DNA from: an uncultured Clostridia bacterium
Lineage (GTDB): Bacteria; Bacillota; Clostridia; Oscillospirales; Acutalibacteraceae
NCBI GenBank assembly: GCA_946484175.1
Contig: CAMLSX010000001.1
Location: 7,559 to 71,558 of the forward strand
Direction: 5' to 3'
Length of the DNA stretch: 64,000 nt
Shown here: positions 17,129 to 27,400 of the stretch, in pieces
Layout: each line of letters begins with the position of its first letter
Numbering within the stretch: position 1 is the first letter of the stretch
Program-made: the position numbers and the translations under genes
The notes under the pieces: model-generated
What the model was told of the DNA's origin: nothing
The model's database searches: none
The model's input: the letters and a program-made list of their open reading frames with translations, nothing else

Positions 17129-17578
17129 ATGGATTGTACAGGATATCGCTTTCCCCTGTTTATTGATTTGAACGGAAAAAAAGCCGTGATTGTGGGCGGA
17201 GGGAAAATTGCCCTGCGTCGGGCTGGTGTGCTTCTCTCTTTTGGGGCAGAGGTCACCATTATTGCACCGGAATGTGAAGCCGTACCAGAAGGAGCGGTTT
17301 TTTACCAAAGGCCCTATGAAAAGGGCGACCTTGCCGGAGCGTTTCTGGCGGTAGCCGCTACTGATTGCCGAGAAGTCAATCAACAAGTCGGACAGGAAGC
17401 AAAAGCCACCGGAATTTTGGTCAGTGTGGCTGATCGAAAAGAGGAAAGCACCTTCTTTTTCCCCGCCATTTGTACCGGAAGCGGCCTGGTGGCCGGTGTG
17501 GTTTCTCAGGGAGAGGAACACAAAAAGACCGCCGCTGCTGCCCGGAAAATCCGCACTGTATTGGAGGAGTTGGAATGA
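17129..17578 (+). CDS. Precorrin-2 dehydrogenase / sirohydrochlorin ferrochelatase-family protein (siroheme synthase N-domain, SirC-like)
   Basis: 149 aa, FPLFIDLNGKKAVIVGGGKIALRR Rossmann motif typical of CysG-N/SirC/Met8. Confidence 0.85.
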   Translation: MDCTGYRFPLFIDLNGKKAVIVGGGKIALRRAGVLLSFGAEVTIIAPECEAVPEGAVFYQRPYEKGDLAGAFLAVAATDCREVNQQVGQEAKATGILVSVADRKEESTFFFPAICTGSGLVAGVVSQGEEHKKTAAAARKIRTVLEELE

Positions 17579-18453
17579 AACAGATACGCATCGGCAGTCG
17601 GGAAAGCCGCCTTGCCGTGATTCAATCAGAAATGGTCATAGAAGCCATCCACGACTGCGACCCAGAAATGAAAACTGAGCTCATCACCATGAAAACCACC
17701 GGGGACAAAATTCTGGATAGGACGCTGGATAAAATCGGCGGAAAAGGGCTGTTTGTCAAAGAGCTGGACGCGGCTCTTTTAGATGGTCGTGTGGATATCA
17801 CCGTGCATAGCAGCAAGGATTTGCCCATGGAGATCGACCCCCGCCTGCCCTTAGTGGCCTTTTCCAAGCGGGCTGATCCCCGGGATGTGCTGGTGCTCCC
17901 AGAAGGGAAAGATGCCATCGACTTTTCAAAGCCCATTGGCTGCTCTTCCCTGCGCCGCCAGTTACAGCTGAAAAAGCTCTTCCCGGAAGCCACCGTTGCT
18001 CCCATCCGAGGAAATGTACTCACCCGACTCCGTAAGCTGGACGACGGAGAATTTTCCGCGCTGGTGCTGGCCGGTGCGGGACTTACCCGGCTGGGATTGG
18101 AACACCGCATCAGCCGGTATTTTTCCACAGAAGAAATCCTTCCCGCCGCTGGGCAGGCCATTTTGGCAGTGCAGGCTCGGGAAGGCGTGGACACTGCCTG
18201 TCTGCAAACCTTTGCCGATGACGATGGCCGAGACTGCTTACTGGCAGAGCGTGCCTTTGTCCGCACGCTGGACGGCGGGTGTTCTTCCCCCGTGGCGGCG
18301 TTTGCTACTATTGACGGGGACGTTCTTACATTAAAAGGAATGTATGTCACAGAAGATGAAACCTGCTGTTTTGAAACCATCTCCGGCCCGCGGGAGCAAG
18401 GAGAAATCGTAGGCGCTGTACTTGCAGAGGAAATGAGGAGGAAATACCAATGA
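17575..18453 (+). CDS. hemC: Porphobilinogen deaminase (hydroxymethylbilane synthase)
   Basis: Trimmed to the ATG at 17575 (ATGA overlap). MKQIRIGSRESRLAVIQSE...TTGDKILD...GGKGLFVKELD...LDGGCSSPVAA. Confidence 0.92.
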   Translation: MKQIRIGSRESRLAVIQSEMVIEAIHDCDPEMKTELITMKTTGDKILDRTLDKIGGKGLFVKELDAALLDGRVDITVHSSKDLPMEIDPRLPLVAFSKRADPRDVLVLPEGKDAIDFSKPIGCSSLRRQLQLKKLFPEATVAPIRGNVLTRLRKLDDGEFSALVLAGAGLTRLGLEHRISRYFSTEEILPAAGQAILAVQAREGVDTACLQTFADDDGRDCLLAERAFVRTLDGGCSSPVAAFATIDGDVLTLKGMYVTEDETCCFETISGPREQGEIVGAVLAEEMRRKYQ

Positions 18454-19940
18454 AAAAGGGACAGGTCATTCTGGTCGGAGCAGGCCCCGGAGATCCGGAG
18501 CTGCTGACCATCAAAGGGCGCAAAGCCATTGAATCCGCAGAAGTGGTGGTCTATGACCGGCTGGTAGGGCAGGCGATTTTCGATTTGATTCCCGAAAACG
18601 CCGAGCGCATCAACGTGGGCAAGGAATCCTCCCACCACACTGTACCCCAGGAGCAGATCAATCAGATTTTGCTGGAAAAAGCGCTGGAAGGCAAACGGGT
18701 AGTTCGTCTGAAGGGCGGCGACCCCTTCCTCTTTGGCCGCGGTGGTGAAGAGCTGGAACTTCTCAGCGAGCACGGCGTTTCCTTCCAGGAAGTGCCCGGC
18801 ATTACCTCCGCTATTGCGGTGCCGGCCTATGCCGGTATTCCGGTAACTCACCGGGATTGCTGCTCTTCCCTGCACATTATCACCGGCCATCAGCGAGCCG
18901 GGAAGCCGTTGAGCATTAATTTTGAAGCGTTGGTGCAGACTAAAGGCACGCTGGTGTTCCTTATGGGCGTCAGTGCACTGGGGGAAATCTGCCGGGGGCT
19001 TCTGGAAGCCGGTATGGAGCCGGATATGCCCGCCGCGGTAATTGAAAAGGGCACCACCCCTTCTCAGCGACCCATTCTGGCCACCCTCTCCACCCTGCCG
19101 GAAACTGCCAAAGCCGAAAAAGTAAAGAGCCCGGCTATTATTATTGTGGGTAAGGTATGCGCCTACTCGAATCAGTTTGACTGGTTCGACCATCTGCCAT
19201 TAAAGGGAAAAACCGTGATCGTCACCCGTCCCAAAGAGCGGGCGGGTACTTTGTCGGAGCGGCTGCGCGCGCTGGGTGCCAATGTGGCGGAGTTCCCCTG
19301 CATTGAGACCCATCCCCTGATTCCCTGTCCGGAAATGGAAGAAGCTGTGAACAATATTGGTCGCTACGAATGGCTGACCTTTACCAGCCCTGCCGGGGTA
19401 TCGGCTCTCATGGAGCTATTGGAGCGCACCGGCCGGGATGTGCGGGCTTTAGGAAATATCAAGCTGGCGGCCATTGGCCCCGGCACCGACCGGGAGCTTC
19501 GGAAACACGGCCTGCGTTCCGACCTGATTCCGGAGGTTTACGACGGCGCTCATTTAGGGCAGGCGCTGTGCGAAGCGAAGCCTGCCGGAAAAGTGCTGAT
19601 TCTCCGGGCCCAGTGGGGCACCAAAGCCTTGACAGACGCGCTGGATAAGGGTACCATTTCTTATGATGACATTCGGTGCTATGAAACACGGTACACTGCC
19701 CCCAACACAGAAGAAGTACGGGAACTGCTGGTTCCGGGGACTATCGTTACCTTTACCAGCGCCTCTACCGTCACCGGATTTGTCTCCGCTCTGGGAGAAA
19801 ATACGGACTTTTCCGCCATTACCGCCGCCTGCATCGGCCAGCAGACCGAAGCAGAGGCGCATAAATATAACCTGCATACCATCACCGCCGAAAAAGCCAC
19901 CATGGATGCACTGATTCAGAGAATCGTGGAAGGAGAATAA
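18450..19940 (+). CDS. cobA-hemD: Bifunctional uroporphyrinogen-III C-methyltransferase / uroporphyrinogen-III synthase
   Basis: 496 aa. N-terminal half VILVGAGPGDPELLT...RLKGGDPFLFGRGGEE (SUMT). C-terminal half is HemD-like (KTVIVTRPKERAG...). Confidence 0.9.
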   Translation: MKKGQVILVGAGPGDPELLTIKGRKAIESAEVVVYDRLVGQAIFDLIPENAERINVGKESSHHTVPQEQINQILLEKALEGKRVVRLKGGDPFLFGRGGEELELLSEHGVSFQEVPGITSAIAVPAYAGIPVTHRDCCSSLHIITGHQRAGKPLSINFEALVQTKGTLVFLMGVSALGEICRGLLEAGMEPDMPAAVIEKGTTPSQRPILATLSTLPETAKAEKVKSPAIIIVGKVCAYSNQFDWFDHLPLKGKTVIVTRPKERAGTLSERLRALGANVAEFPCIETHPLIPCPEMEEAVNNIGRYEWLTFTSPAGVSALMELLERTGRDVRALGNIKLAAIGPGTDRELRKHGLRSDLIPEVYDGAHLGQALCEAKPAGKVLILRAQWGTKALTDALDKGTISYDDIRCYETRYTAPNTEEVRELLVPGTIVTFTSASTVTGFVSALGENTDFSAITAACIGQQTEAEAHKYNLHTITAEKATMDALIQRIVEGE

Positions 19941-19942
19941 CC

Positions 19943-20926
19943 ATGGAACTCATTCAAAGACCCCGCCGCCTGCGGGACGGCGACACCATCCGTCGGATGT
20001 GCCGGGAAACCCGGCTTTCCCCCGACAGCCTGATTTATCCTATTTTTGTGGACGAAACCCTCAGCGGCAAGCGCCCCATTGAGTCCTTGCCTGGACAGTA
20101 CCAGTACGGTCTGGACACCGTAGAAGAAGCCATCGCCGAGTGCATTGATGCCGGTGTTCGCAGCTGCATTCTGTTTGGTATTCCCGCCCATAAGGATGAA
20201 GTAGGCTCTTCTGCCTGGGATCCGGAGGGCGTGATTCAAAAGGCCATCCGCAAAATCAAGGCGGCATATCCCGATTTTTACATCATCACTGACGTATGTA
20301 TGTGTGAATACACCGACCACGGTCACTGCGGCGCCCTGTGCGGCCACAAGGTGGACAACGACGCGACGTTGGAGCTGCTGTGCAAAACCGCCCTTTCTCA
20401 TGCTCAGGCAGGCGCCAACATGGTGGCTCCTTCTGACATGATGGATGGCCGCGTAGGAGCCATCCGCCGTACACTGGATGCGGCAGGATTTCAGGATGTG
20501 CCCATTATGGCCTATTCTGCCAAATATGCTTCCGCTTTTTATGGCCCCTTCCGCTCCGCTGCCGGTTCCGCTCCCTCCTTCGGCGATCGCAAGGGCTACC
20601 AGATGGATCCCCACAACCGCAAGGAAGCCATGAAGGAATGTGCACTGGATGTGGAAGAAGGTGCGGATATCATTATGGTCAAGCCCGCTCTCTCCTATCT
20701 GGACATCATCCGGGAATGCTCTGACGCTTTTGACGTGCCCATGGCAGCTTATTCTGTTTCCGGCGAATACGCCATGATCAAAGCTGCGGCACAAGCCGGG
20801 CTGGTGGATGAATACCGGATTATGTGCGAATCTGCCCTGTCCATTTTCCGGGCGGGCGCAAATATGCTCATCACCTACTATGCAAAAGAACTGGCACAGG
20901 CCATTCAAAAAGGAGATATCGGATAA
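19943..20926 (+). CDS. hemB: Porphobilinogen synthase (delta-aminolevulinate dehydratase)
   Basis: 327 aa, RPRRLR...DVCMCEYTDHGHCG (Zn-Cys cluster)...MVKPA... Confidence 0.92.
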   Translation: MELIQRPRRLRDGDTIRRMCRETRLSPDSLIYPIFVDETLSGKRPIESLPGQYQYGLDTVEEAIAECIDAGVRSCILFGIPAHKDEVGSSAWDPEGVIQKAIRKIKAAYPDFYIITDVCMCEYTDHGHCGALCGHKVDNDATLELLCKTALSHAQAGANMVAPSDMMDGRVGAIRRTLDAAGFQDVPIMAYSAKYASAFYGPFRSAAGSAPSFGDRKGYQMDPHNRKEAMKECALDVEEGADIIMVKPALSYLDIIRECSDAFDVPMAAYSVSGEYAMIKAAAQAGLVDEYRIMCESALSIFRAGANMLITYYAKELAQAIQKGDIG

Positions 20927-22215
20927 TGGACACTTCTTCTGCCCTGTTTGAACGGGCCAAAAAGGTACTTCCCGGCGGCGTAAACAGTCCTGTCCGCGCC
21001 TATCGTGCGGTGGGGCTCACTCCCCGCTTTATCGCCAAGGCTGACGGCGCATATATCTGGGACGTGGATGGCAACCGGTACATTGATTACGTCTGCTCCT
21101 GGGGCCCCATGATTCTGGGTCACAACCATCCTCTCATCCGGGAAGCGGTGAAAAAAGCCGTGAAGGACGGCCTTTCCTTTGGCGCTTCCACTCAGCGCGA
21201 GGTGGAGATCGCCGAACTGATGATTCAGATGGTGCCCAACATCGAAATGGTACGCATGGTGAACTCCGGCACGGAAGCTGTTATGTCCGCCCTGCGGCTG
21301 GCTCGAGGCGCTACCGGACGGGATAAGATCATCAAGTTTGAGGGCTGCTATCACGGCCACAGCGACGCCATGCTGGTGAAGGCCGGTTCTTCCGCTGTGG
21401 CGGAAGGCGGCAAGCCCAGTTCCGCCGGTGTGCCGGTGGATACTGCTAAGGATACCCTCACCGCCCAGTACAACAATCTGGAAAGTGTCGCGGAGCTGTT
21501 TGCCCAGTATCCCGGCGAAATTGCCTGCGTCATTGTCGAGCCTGTCGCCGCCAACATGGGCGTGGTGGGGCCGAACCCGGGCTTTCTGGAAGGACTGCGT
21601 GCTCTGTGCGACAAAGAAGGCGCTCTGCTGATTTTTGATGAAGTGATTACCGGGTTCCGTCTGGCCAAGGGCGGCGCACAGGAGTATTTTGGCATCAAAG
21701 CCGACATTGTCACTTTCGGCAAAATTATTGGCGGCGGTATGCCTGTTGGCGCTTACTGCGGCAGCCGGGAACTGATGGAAAACATCGCTCCCTGTGGTTC
21801 GGTCTATCAGGCGGGAACCCTTTCCGGCAACCCGGTGGCCATGGCGGCAGGACTTGCCCAGCTGACCTACCTCAACACCCATCCGGAGGTCTACACCGAC
21901 ATTTCCGCAAAGGCTGACCGTCTGGCAGAAGGAATGCGTCAGGCAGCAGCCGAAACCGGCGCAGGCGTCCGAATCAATCAGGTGGGCAGTCTGGTGGCTC
22001 CCTTCTTTACGCCGGATTCCGTGGAATCCTTTGCAGGTGCAACCAGGAGCGATTTGAAGAAATACGCTGCTTATTTTGAAAAGATGCTGGCAAGAGGAAT
22101 TTATCTGGCTCCCGCTCAGTTTGAAGCCATGTTCCTCTCCCATGCCCACACAGACGAGGATTTGGAAAATACCCTTGCTGCCGCAAAGGAAGTCTTTGCT
22201 GAACTGTATGTCTAA
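20926..22215 (+). CDS. hemL: Glutamate-1-semialdehyde 2,1-aminomutase
   Basis: Trimmed to the ATG at 20926. SSALFERAKKVLPGGVNSPVRAY...FDEVITGFR...TFGKIIGGG (PLP lysine). Confidence 0.92.
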   Translation: MDTSSALFERAKKVLPGGVNSPVRAYRAVGLTPRFIAKADGAYIWDVDGNRYIDYVCSWGPMILGHNHPLIREAVKKAVKDGLSFGASTQREVEIAELMIQMVPNIEMVRMVNSGTEAVMSALRLARGATGRDKIIKFEGCYHGHSDAMLVKAGSSAVAEGGKPSSAGVPVDTAKDTLTAQYNNLESVAELFAQYPGEIACVIVEPVAANMGVVGPNPGFLEGLRALCDKEGALLIFDEVITGFRLAKGGAQEYFGIKADIVTFGKIIGGGMPVGAYCGSRELMENIAPCGSVYQAGTLSGNPVAMAAGLAQLTYLNTHPEVYTDISAKADRLAEGMRQAAAETGAGVRINQVGSLVAPFFTPDSVESFAGATRSDLKKYAAYFEKMLARGIYLAPAQFEAMFLSHAHTDEDLENTLAAAKEVFAELYV

Positions 22216-22283
22216 ATTGCACCTCTGACTTCAAATTACACTGCCTCTCCATTTATTTTTTGTTTTTGACTATTCTTTCATAA

Positions 22284-22324
22284 AATCAGCGCCCCACTCA
22301 GAAATATTGAGTGAGGCGCTGATT
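22284..22324. terminator. Bidirectional hairpin between the convergent hemL and holin-like gene
   Basis: AATCAGCGCC-CCACTCAGAAATATTGAGTGA-GGCGCTGATT, a long nested stem flanked by A/T runs. Confidence 0.65.
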
Positions 22325-22334
22325 CATTTTAATA

Positions 22335-22595
22335 TTACTTTTGTTTTGGCTCCTTGTAGGTCAACGCTTCTTTGCTATCGGACATACCGCTGGTAGTAGG
22401 ATCGTTAATTACCCCCAGCAATGCCAATAAACTGAATACAGTACCAGCTATTGCTGACAGTTGCTCCATCATCGGTGTATAATCCAGGCAAATACCAAAT
22501 ATAGCCAGAATCTGATTTCCCAACAAAAGCAATGCCGGAATCATTGTGAGCCAGAAGGTCTTGTTTTTTAATCGTACTGACCAATTGATTTTCAT
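22335..22595 (-). CDS. Small two-TM holin-like protein (phage phi-LC3 holin family resemblance)
   Basis: 86 aa, MKINWSVRLKNKTFWLTMIPALLLLGNQILAIFGI...LALLGVINDPTTSGMSDSKEALTYKEP. It matches the pattern I recall for the phi-LC3 holin family (INWKxRLKNK...DPTTxGxSDS). GGGGAG RBS. Lies in a low-GC patch. Confidence 0.7.
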   Translation of the reverse strand: MKINWSVRLKNKTFWLTMIPALLLLGNQILAIFGICLDYTPMMEQLSAIAGTVFSLLALLGVINDPTTSGMSDSKEALTYKEPKQK

Positions 22596-22778
22596 CGAAT
22601 CTCCCCTTTCACTGACCAGATTGCTTGTCTATAATAACTGGTCTCATTTTGTATTATATTCCAGCGTTTCTTTAAGAGTTCCATATCGTAGGGGCAGATT
22701 CTCTGATACTGAAAAAAGTTCGCCTTGCTATGAATAGCAGTCAGACGAACTTTTTTCAAAAGACAGATATGTTTGAGG

Positions 22779-23510
22779 TTATCTCTGATGCACGGCCTGA
22801 TGTGCACAGTCCTGCAAGATTTTCAGCTCTTCAAGGGGAATCTCTTCCGGGCAAAAGGCGTTCGTTCTGATATCTCCGCCCAGCAGGGCTTCATACCAGA
22901 CAGCCGCACCCAAGTAACATCCCTTGCTGTTTCCGTGAAACCCATCCTGACAAAGTGTATCGCCAATCGAGGCAGCACGTGCCAACTGCCAGGCGTCTCC
23001 AACGGGGAGAAGCTGGGAAGCTTGTATGGATTTTTGTGCCAAGTCATATGCTTCATGCAGTCTGCGGTACATCTCTTCCTGGTTGTTTTGATATTCTGCA
23101 AAACCCGGATGATCGCTGTCTTTCGCATATGCCCAGGTCTGATGAATTACCTGTCTGGCGTTTGGCGCCATTTTTTTAGCATAATCCGAAAGGTTTTCGA
23201 GGAAAGGATGATAGGTTTCCGGCATACCGCTCAGATAGCTGGCCTGCTGAAAGGTAACAATATCCCAGTTTTCGGCTTTAAATGCGTATTCAATGGAAGC
23301 TTCTACAGATTCCCGACCGGTTTGATGATAAAGATACTCTTTCGCACCGGAAAGCACATTCTGCCAGTGTCGTTCCAACGAACATCCACCGATATACAAG
23401 CGACCCAGAATCAGATCATATCCGCCGGCCTCGGCAATTTTGGGAAAATAACTCGCAACGTTTTCGGAAAAGCTGTTGCCTACCGCAAGAATTTTGACAG
23501 GTTTGTCCAT
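22779..23510 (-). CDS. DUF4886-type SGNH/GDSL-like hydrolase
   Basis: 243 aa, KILAVGNSFSEN...GGCSLERHW...DIVTFQQAS...DGFHGN; resembles DUF4886 / SGNH-fold esterases. GAGGAG RBS. Confidence 0.7.
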   Translation of the reverse strand: MDKPVKILAVGNSFSENVASYFPKIAEAGGYDLILGRLYIGGCSLERHWQNVLSGAKEYLYHQTGRESVEASIEYAFKAENWDIVTFQQASYLSGMPETYHPFLENLSDYAKKMAPNARQVIHQTWAYAKDSDHPGFAEYQNNQEEMYRRLHEAYDLAQKSIQASQLLPVGDAWQLARAASIGDTLCQDGFHGNSKGCYLGAAVWYEALLGGDIRTNAFCPEEIPLEELKILQDCAHQAVHQR

Positions 23511-23613
23511 AAGAAATACAACTCCTCTGTTGTAAAATATGCATCACTATGGCAGATGCTTTTTAGATTATACAACACAATAGTCCTTTTGAGGAGAACC
23601 CATGCAAAAAATC

Positions 23614-23910
23614 TTATTCCGATTCCTTCAAATATCGCTCAACCTTCATTTTCAGGTGATATTTTTCTCGCAAAGCAGCAATTTCCTTCATTATTTCTGT
23701 CTTGTGATGGAAGTCAATTGCAGCCTGATCTCTCCAGCGGTCAATCAGCAGCACAGTCTCTGGATCATCCATAGGAAAGAAATACTCATATTTTTGATTT
23801 CCATCTTCTTTTCGAATCTTGTCAACAAGCCCGGAAGAAGTCATTTCTTCTGCAAAAGCACGTGCACTTCCGTTTTTTCCGGTGTAATAAATGTTCACGG
23901 TAATACTCAT
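23614..23910 (-). CDS. Antibiotic-biosynthesis-monooxygenase (ABM) domain protein
   Basis: 98 aa, VNIYYT...LLIDRWRDQAAIDFHHKT; dimeric alpha+beta barrel/ABM pattern. AGGAGG RBS. Confidence 0.65.
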   Translation of the reverse strand: MSITVNIYYTGKNGSARAFAEEMTSSGLVDKIRKEDGNQKYEYFFPMDDPETVLLIDRWRDQAAIDFHHKTEIMKEIAALREKYHLKMKVERYLKESE

Positions 23911-23950
23911 TTTCTTCCTCCTGAATATTAAAATTTAAAATAAAAACAAA

Positions 23951-23984
23951 GAATCCCAAACACAAAATGTGTTTGGGATTCTTT
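23951..23984 (-). terminator. Rho-independent terminator after tRNA-Leu(GAG)
   Basis: GAATCCCAAACAC-AAAA-TGTGTTTGGGATTC, followed on the minus strand by a T-rich tract. Confidence 0.75.
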
Positions 23985-23988
23985 TCTC

Positions 23989-24072
23989 TGGTGCGCGAGA
24001 CGGGACTTGAACCCGTACGTCAAAGACACACGCACCTCAAACGTGCCTGTCTGCCTGTTCCAGCACTCGCGC
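23989..24072 (-). tRNA. tRNA-Leu (anticodon GAG)
   Basis: Minus strand reads GCGCGAG-TG-CTGGAACAGGCAGACAG-G-CACGT-TTGAGGT-GCGTG-(long variable arm)-ACGGGTTCAAGTCCCGT-CTCGCGC-A-CCA. 7-bp acceptor stem, GTTCAAGTC T-loop, class II variable arm. Confidence 0.9.
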
Positions 24073-24405
24073 TCAACAGGCATTATTATATCAGGAATTG
24101 AAATAGATGTCAATATAATTTTTCAGTTTTTTCCTTTCTAATAACGTATTTTATTCGTTTACTTCGTACCTCTTTACAGTCAGGTTCGACTATTGATATT
24201 TGAAGGGAGATATGATAAGCTAGAATAGAAATAGATATCTGCTTCTGTACAGCCTGTCTCTATTGCCTGCTGTTTTGGTATGTTCCAAACATGGGCCTTT
24301 TTTTATGAAGACGAAAGCTGTTAAAAAATCTATATGATGGATTTTTAATGCATGATATCTGTGAATCATATCCGCTGCTTTTGGCGGGGAATGGAGTGTA
24401 GCAAG

Positions 24406-27400
24406 ATGAAAAAGATTGCTGTTTTGAACGGCAGCCCCGGGATGAAACTTTCCTGGCTGGAATCCTCCTGTACGATAGAGGATTTCCAAATCACTTATAT
24501 GAATTGTGACAATGGCCTGGATGCTGACAGCCTGCTTTCCTATGATGCTGTCATCAACACACTGGGACGTTATTTTGAAGAGACTTCTGCGCCCGCAATC
24601 CAGAAGTACTACGACCAGCACGGCCTGGTCATTCATCTGGGGCCGAACGCAATGACCGTCCCATATGTTGTGCGCGACGGAAAGGTTATCGAATACCCCG
24701 AGCAGGTGGATATGATCCGCACCACCGGCTGTGTTGACCTGTATGTGCCGTTGGATGTCAAACCCGCAGCCATGACAGTCAATGCCCCTCATTTTAAAAA
24801 GCTGGCAGCAATTCTGTCTGCCTGCACCGACGTTTCCGGCTTTTGCAGCGCTAACTATAACCTGCTGCGCGGAAAGGTTATCAACGAAAACGGCGTAGAG
24901 CCTGCCCCGAATCTTCAGATCTGCGAGCGGATTGTTCCGCTGCTTTCTATGAAAAACGGACAGGGCAGCGTACTGGCTCTGCCGGTTGTCAAAACGGTTT
25001 CCCTCGAAAAGGGCACCATGCTCTATTTCAACTTTACTTCCGAGGAATTTTGGAACGCCGCCGAAACACGGGCTGCTTTCTGGAATTGCGTTGCGGAAGA
25101 AATTGACAACAGCTTTGCCATTTATGCAGAGGCTTCCTTTGCCTGCTATCGTCCCGAAGAATCCGGGGCCGTATACCTGAATCTTTTCCGTACCAGCAAA
25201 CCGGAAAAAACCGAAAAGGTATCGGTACATATGACGCTGCTGGGAACCGAAGAGCTTTCTTTTGGAAGCAGCGACTGGAAAGTATTGGAAGAGCGTGAGC
25301 TGGAAGCTGTCTGCGGAACAGAGCAGACGATTGCACTGCCCACACTGCCCGAAGGCTGCTATCGTGTCGTGTTCCATGTGAATGGAGCCAATGAAACGAC
25401 TGCTAGCTTCTATGTGCTTACCCGCGAAATTATGGAGAAAAAGGCGGCCGATTTCGAGCGTCTGGTTCTCGATTCAGCAGTTTCCCCCGAATTCCATACA
25501 CAGGGCGGCGTTCCGGCACCGGTGCATGGAACCACCTATTTTGTCTCTGATGTTTTCCGCAGCTGCTTCTTGCATATGAACCCTTGGCTGTGCGATATGG
25601 ATATGCGTGAAATTGCAGAAAAGGGCTTTAACCTGCTGCGTGCCGGCATGTGGAAAGAAACACTGGTATTCTATGGCAAGAACGGTGAAATTGCCGAGCG
25701 TGCAATCCGCGCAATGGAAGCGACCTTCTACACTGCGCTGTGCCACGGCCTGACCATGCAGTTTGTATTGGGCAATGTGGAAATGAACAACTGGGATAAC
25801 AGCCGCAGCGCACTGCACAACCCCGAAACGCAGGAAAAATGTTACCGGGTGCTGGGCCGTTTCTTCCGTGAATTCCATGCATTCACCAATGTACAGATGG
25901 ATATTATCAATGAGCCTTCTTACACCAGCCGTGTACCGTGGTCTACTGGCCGTCCTTCTCACGACCCGGACGAGCTGAAGCACTGGCGTGAATGGCTGCG
26001 CGAGCAGTATCATGGAGATATTTCTGAGCTGCGTACCCGCTGGGGACGTGCTGCTGTGCGGTATGCTTCCTTTGACGAGGTTCCCCTGCCGGCCGATGAT
26101 GCGTTCAGCCGTTTTTATAACCGCACTACGGAATATGAATTCCACGTGGTAGTGGCCGATTTCTTCCGTTTTGCGCGCGAGAGCTACAGCAAGTGGTGTG
26201 CAGGCATTATGGAGCTGCGTAACCGTTATGCACCCGAGATGGTACTGCTGATGGGCCGCGACGAAAGCATCCGTATCCCCTGTGAACAGGATGAATATTT
26301 TGCTGGAAATATCGACACCATCAACTGGCATCAGTGGCAGCGCAACGGCATTGTCTTTACCGAGTATATGCTCAACAAAGTACCGGACAGTATCTGCTGC
26401 GGACAGGAACTGGGCATGTATCAGATGGAAAACCATCGCGGCCAGAAGCGCCTGAACCCCGAGGAAATCGGCAAGGTTCTGGAGCGCAAACTGCTGTATT
26501 CCTTCGGCAACTGGGTGCAGTGGCAGTGGATGAACGACCCGTATATGCCGCAGGTCTCTGAAAACACACTGGGAATTTATCGTGCTGACCGCACAGAAAC
26601 CCCCGGCCTGGATTGCTGCTTTGGTCTGGCTGCTGCTGAACAGCGCACCGCACCGCTGATGGCTGGCCCTGACCGTGCTGAAAGCAATATTATCGTTGTA
26701 CATCCCACCTCTATGCACTTTTCCTGCGATCAGAGAATCGCCGAAGAAAGCATCCGCACCGCAGTTCGCCTGCTGGGCTATGACCTGAAAGAGCACTTCT
26801 TTGTTGCACTGGAACATACTCTCTCCCACTATGCAGCAGAAGGCGGTAAGCTGTACATTGTTCCCAGCGCTGGAATGCTTCGCCGGGATACTTGGGAGCT
26901 GCTTCTCTCTCTGTTGAAGAAGGGCAACCAGGTGCTGGTGACAGGCAGCATCGAGCATGATGACTATGAACTCGATCAGAATCGCATCCGTGCACTGGAT
27001 AATGGTTTCCATGTAGAACCTCTGTGCAATTGTGAGATGACAGAGCAGGGTTCAGTTAACTTTGGTCGTACAACTGATTACTGCGATACCATGCATGCGT
27101 TGAATAAGTGCGTGAAAGCAGACAAGGAAAACCGCTTGTATGAGTTCAAGGTAGGCGAGGGCACCCTGTATTATTACCCCCTGCCCGCCGAGCTGGCAGA
27201 CGACAAGTCTCTGGCAGCAGGGCTGTATCGTGAAGTGCTGGCTCGTACCGGACTGGCTGCTGGTACCTTCACCATGACCGAGGGCGGAGAAAACAGCGCT
27301 GTACTGATTCGTGTACAGAAATTTGAAAAGGCAATTGTTTACACCTTTGTCAACGAAGGCGAAAAAGCAACTGTCCGCCTGACTGACAATCAGACCGGCG

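Noticed and set aside
17622-19193. Long antisense ORFs opposite well-supported genes. Examples: 17622-19193(-), 19916-20908(-), 20905-22149(-), 24220-25377(-), 25474-27012(-), 28129-29733(+), 45616-46920(-), 47459-49105(-), 49175-50185(-), 51873-52850(+), 58567-59442(+), 11799-12755(+), 16631-17521(-).
   Set aside because: Each lies entirely antisense to a gene with unmistakable family motifs (hemC/cobA, hemB, hemL, GH, pgi, ABC, mcsB, clpC, murA, SBP, cbiO/Q, hemA). Their translations are Arg/Gly/Ser/His-rich low-complexity strings without motifs or RBS. This is typical of stop-codon-poor antisense frames in GC-rich DNA.
22335-22595. Prophage or lysis cassette around the holin-like gene.
   Set aside because: No endolysin, spanin, integrase, capsid or tail genes lie within several kb on either side. 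Only the single small gene is phage-like.
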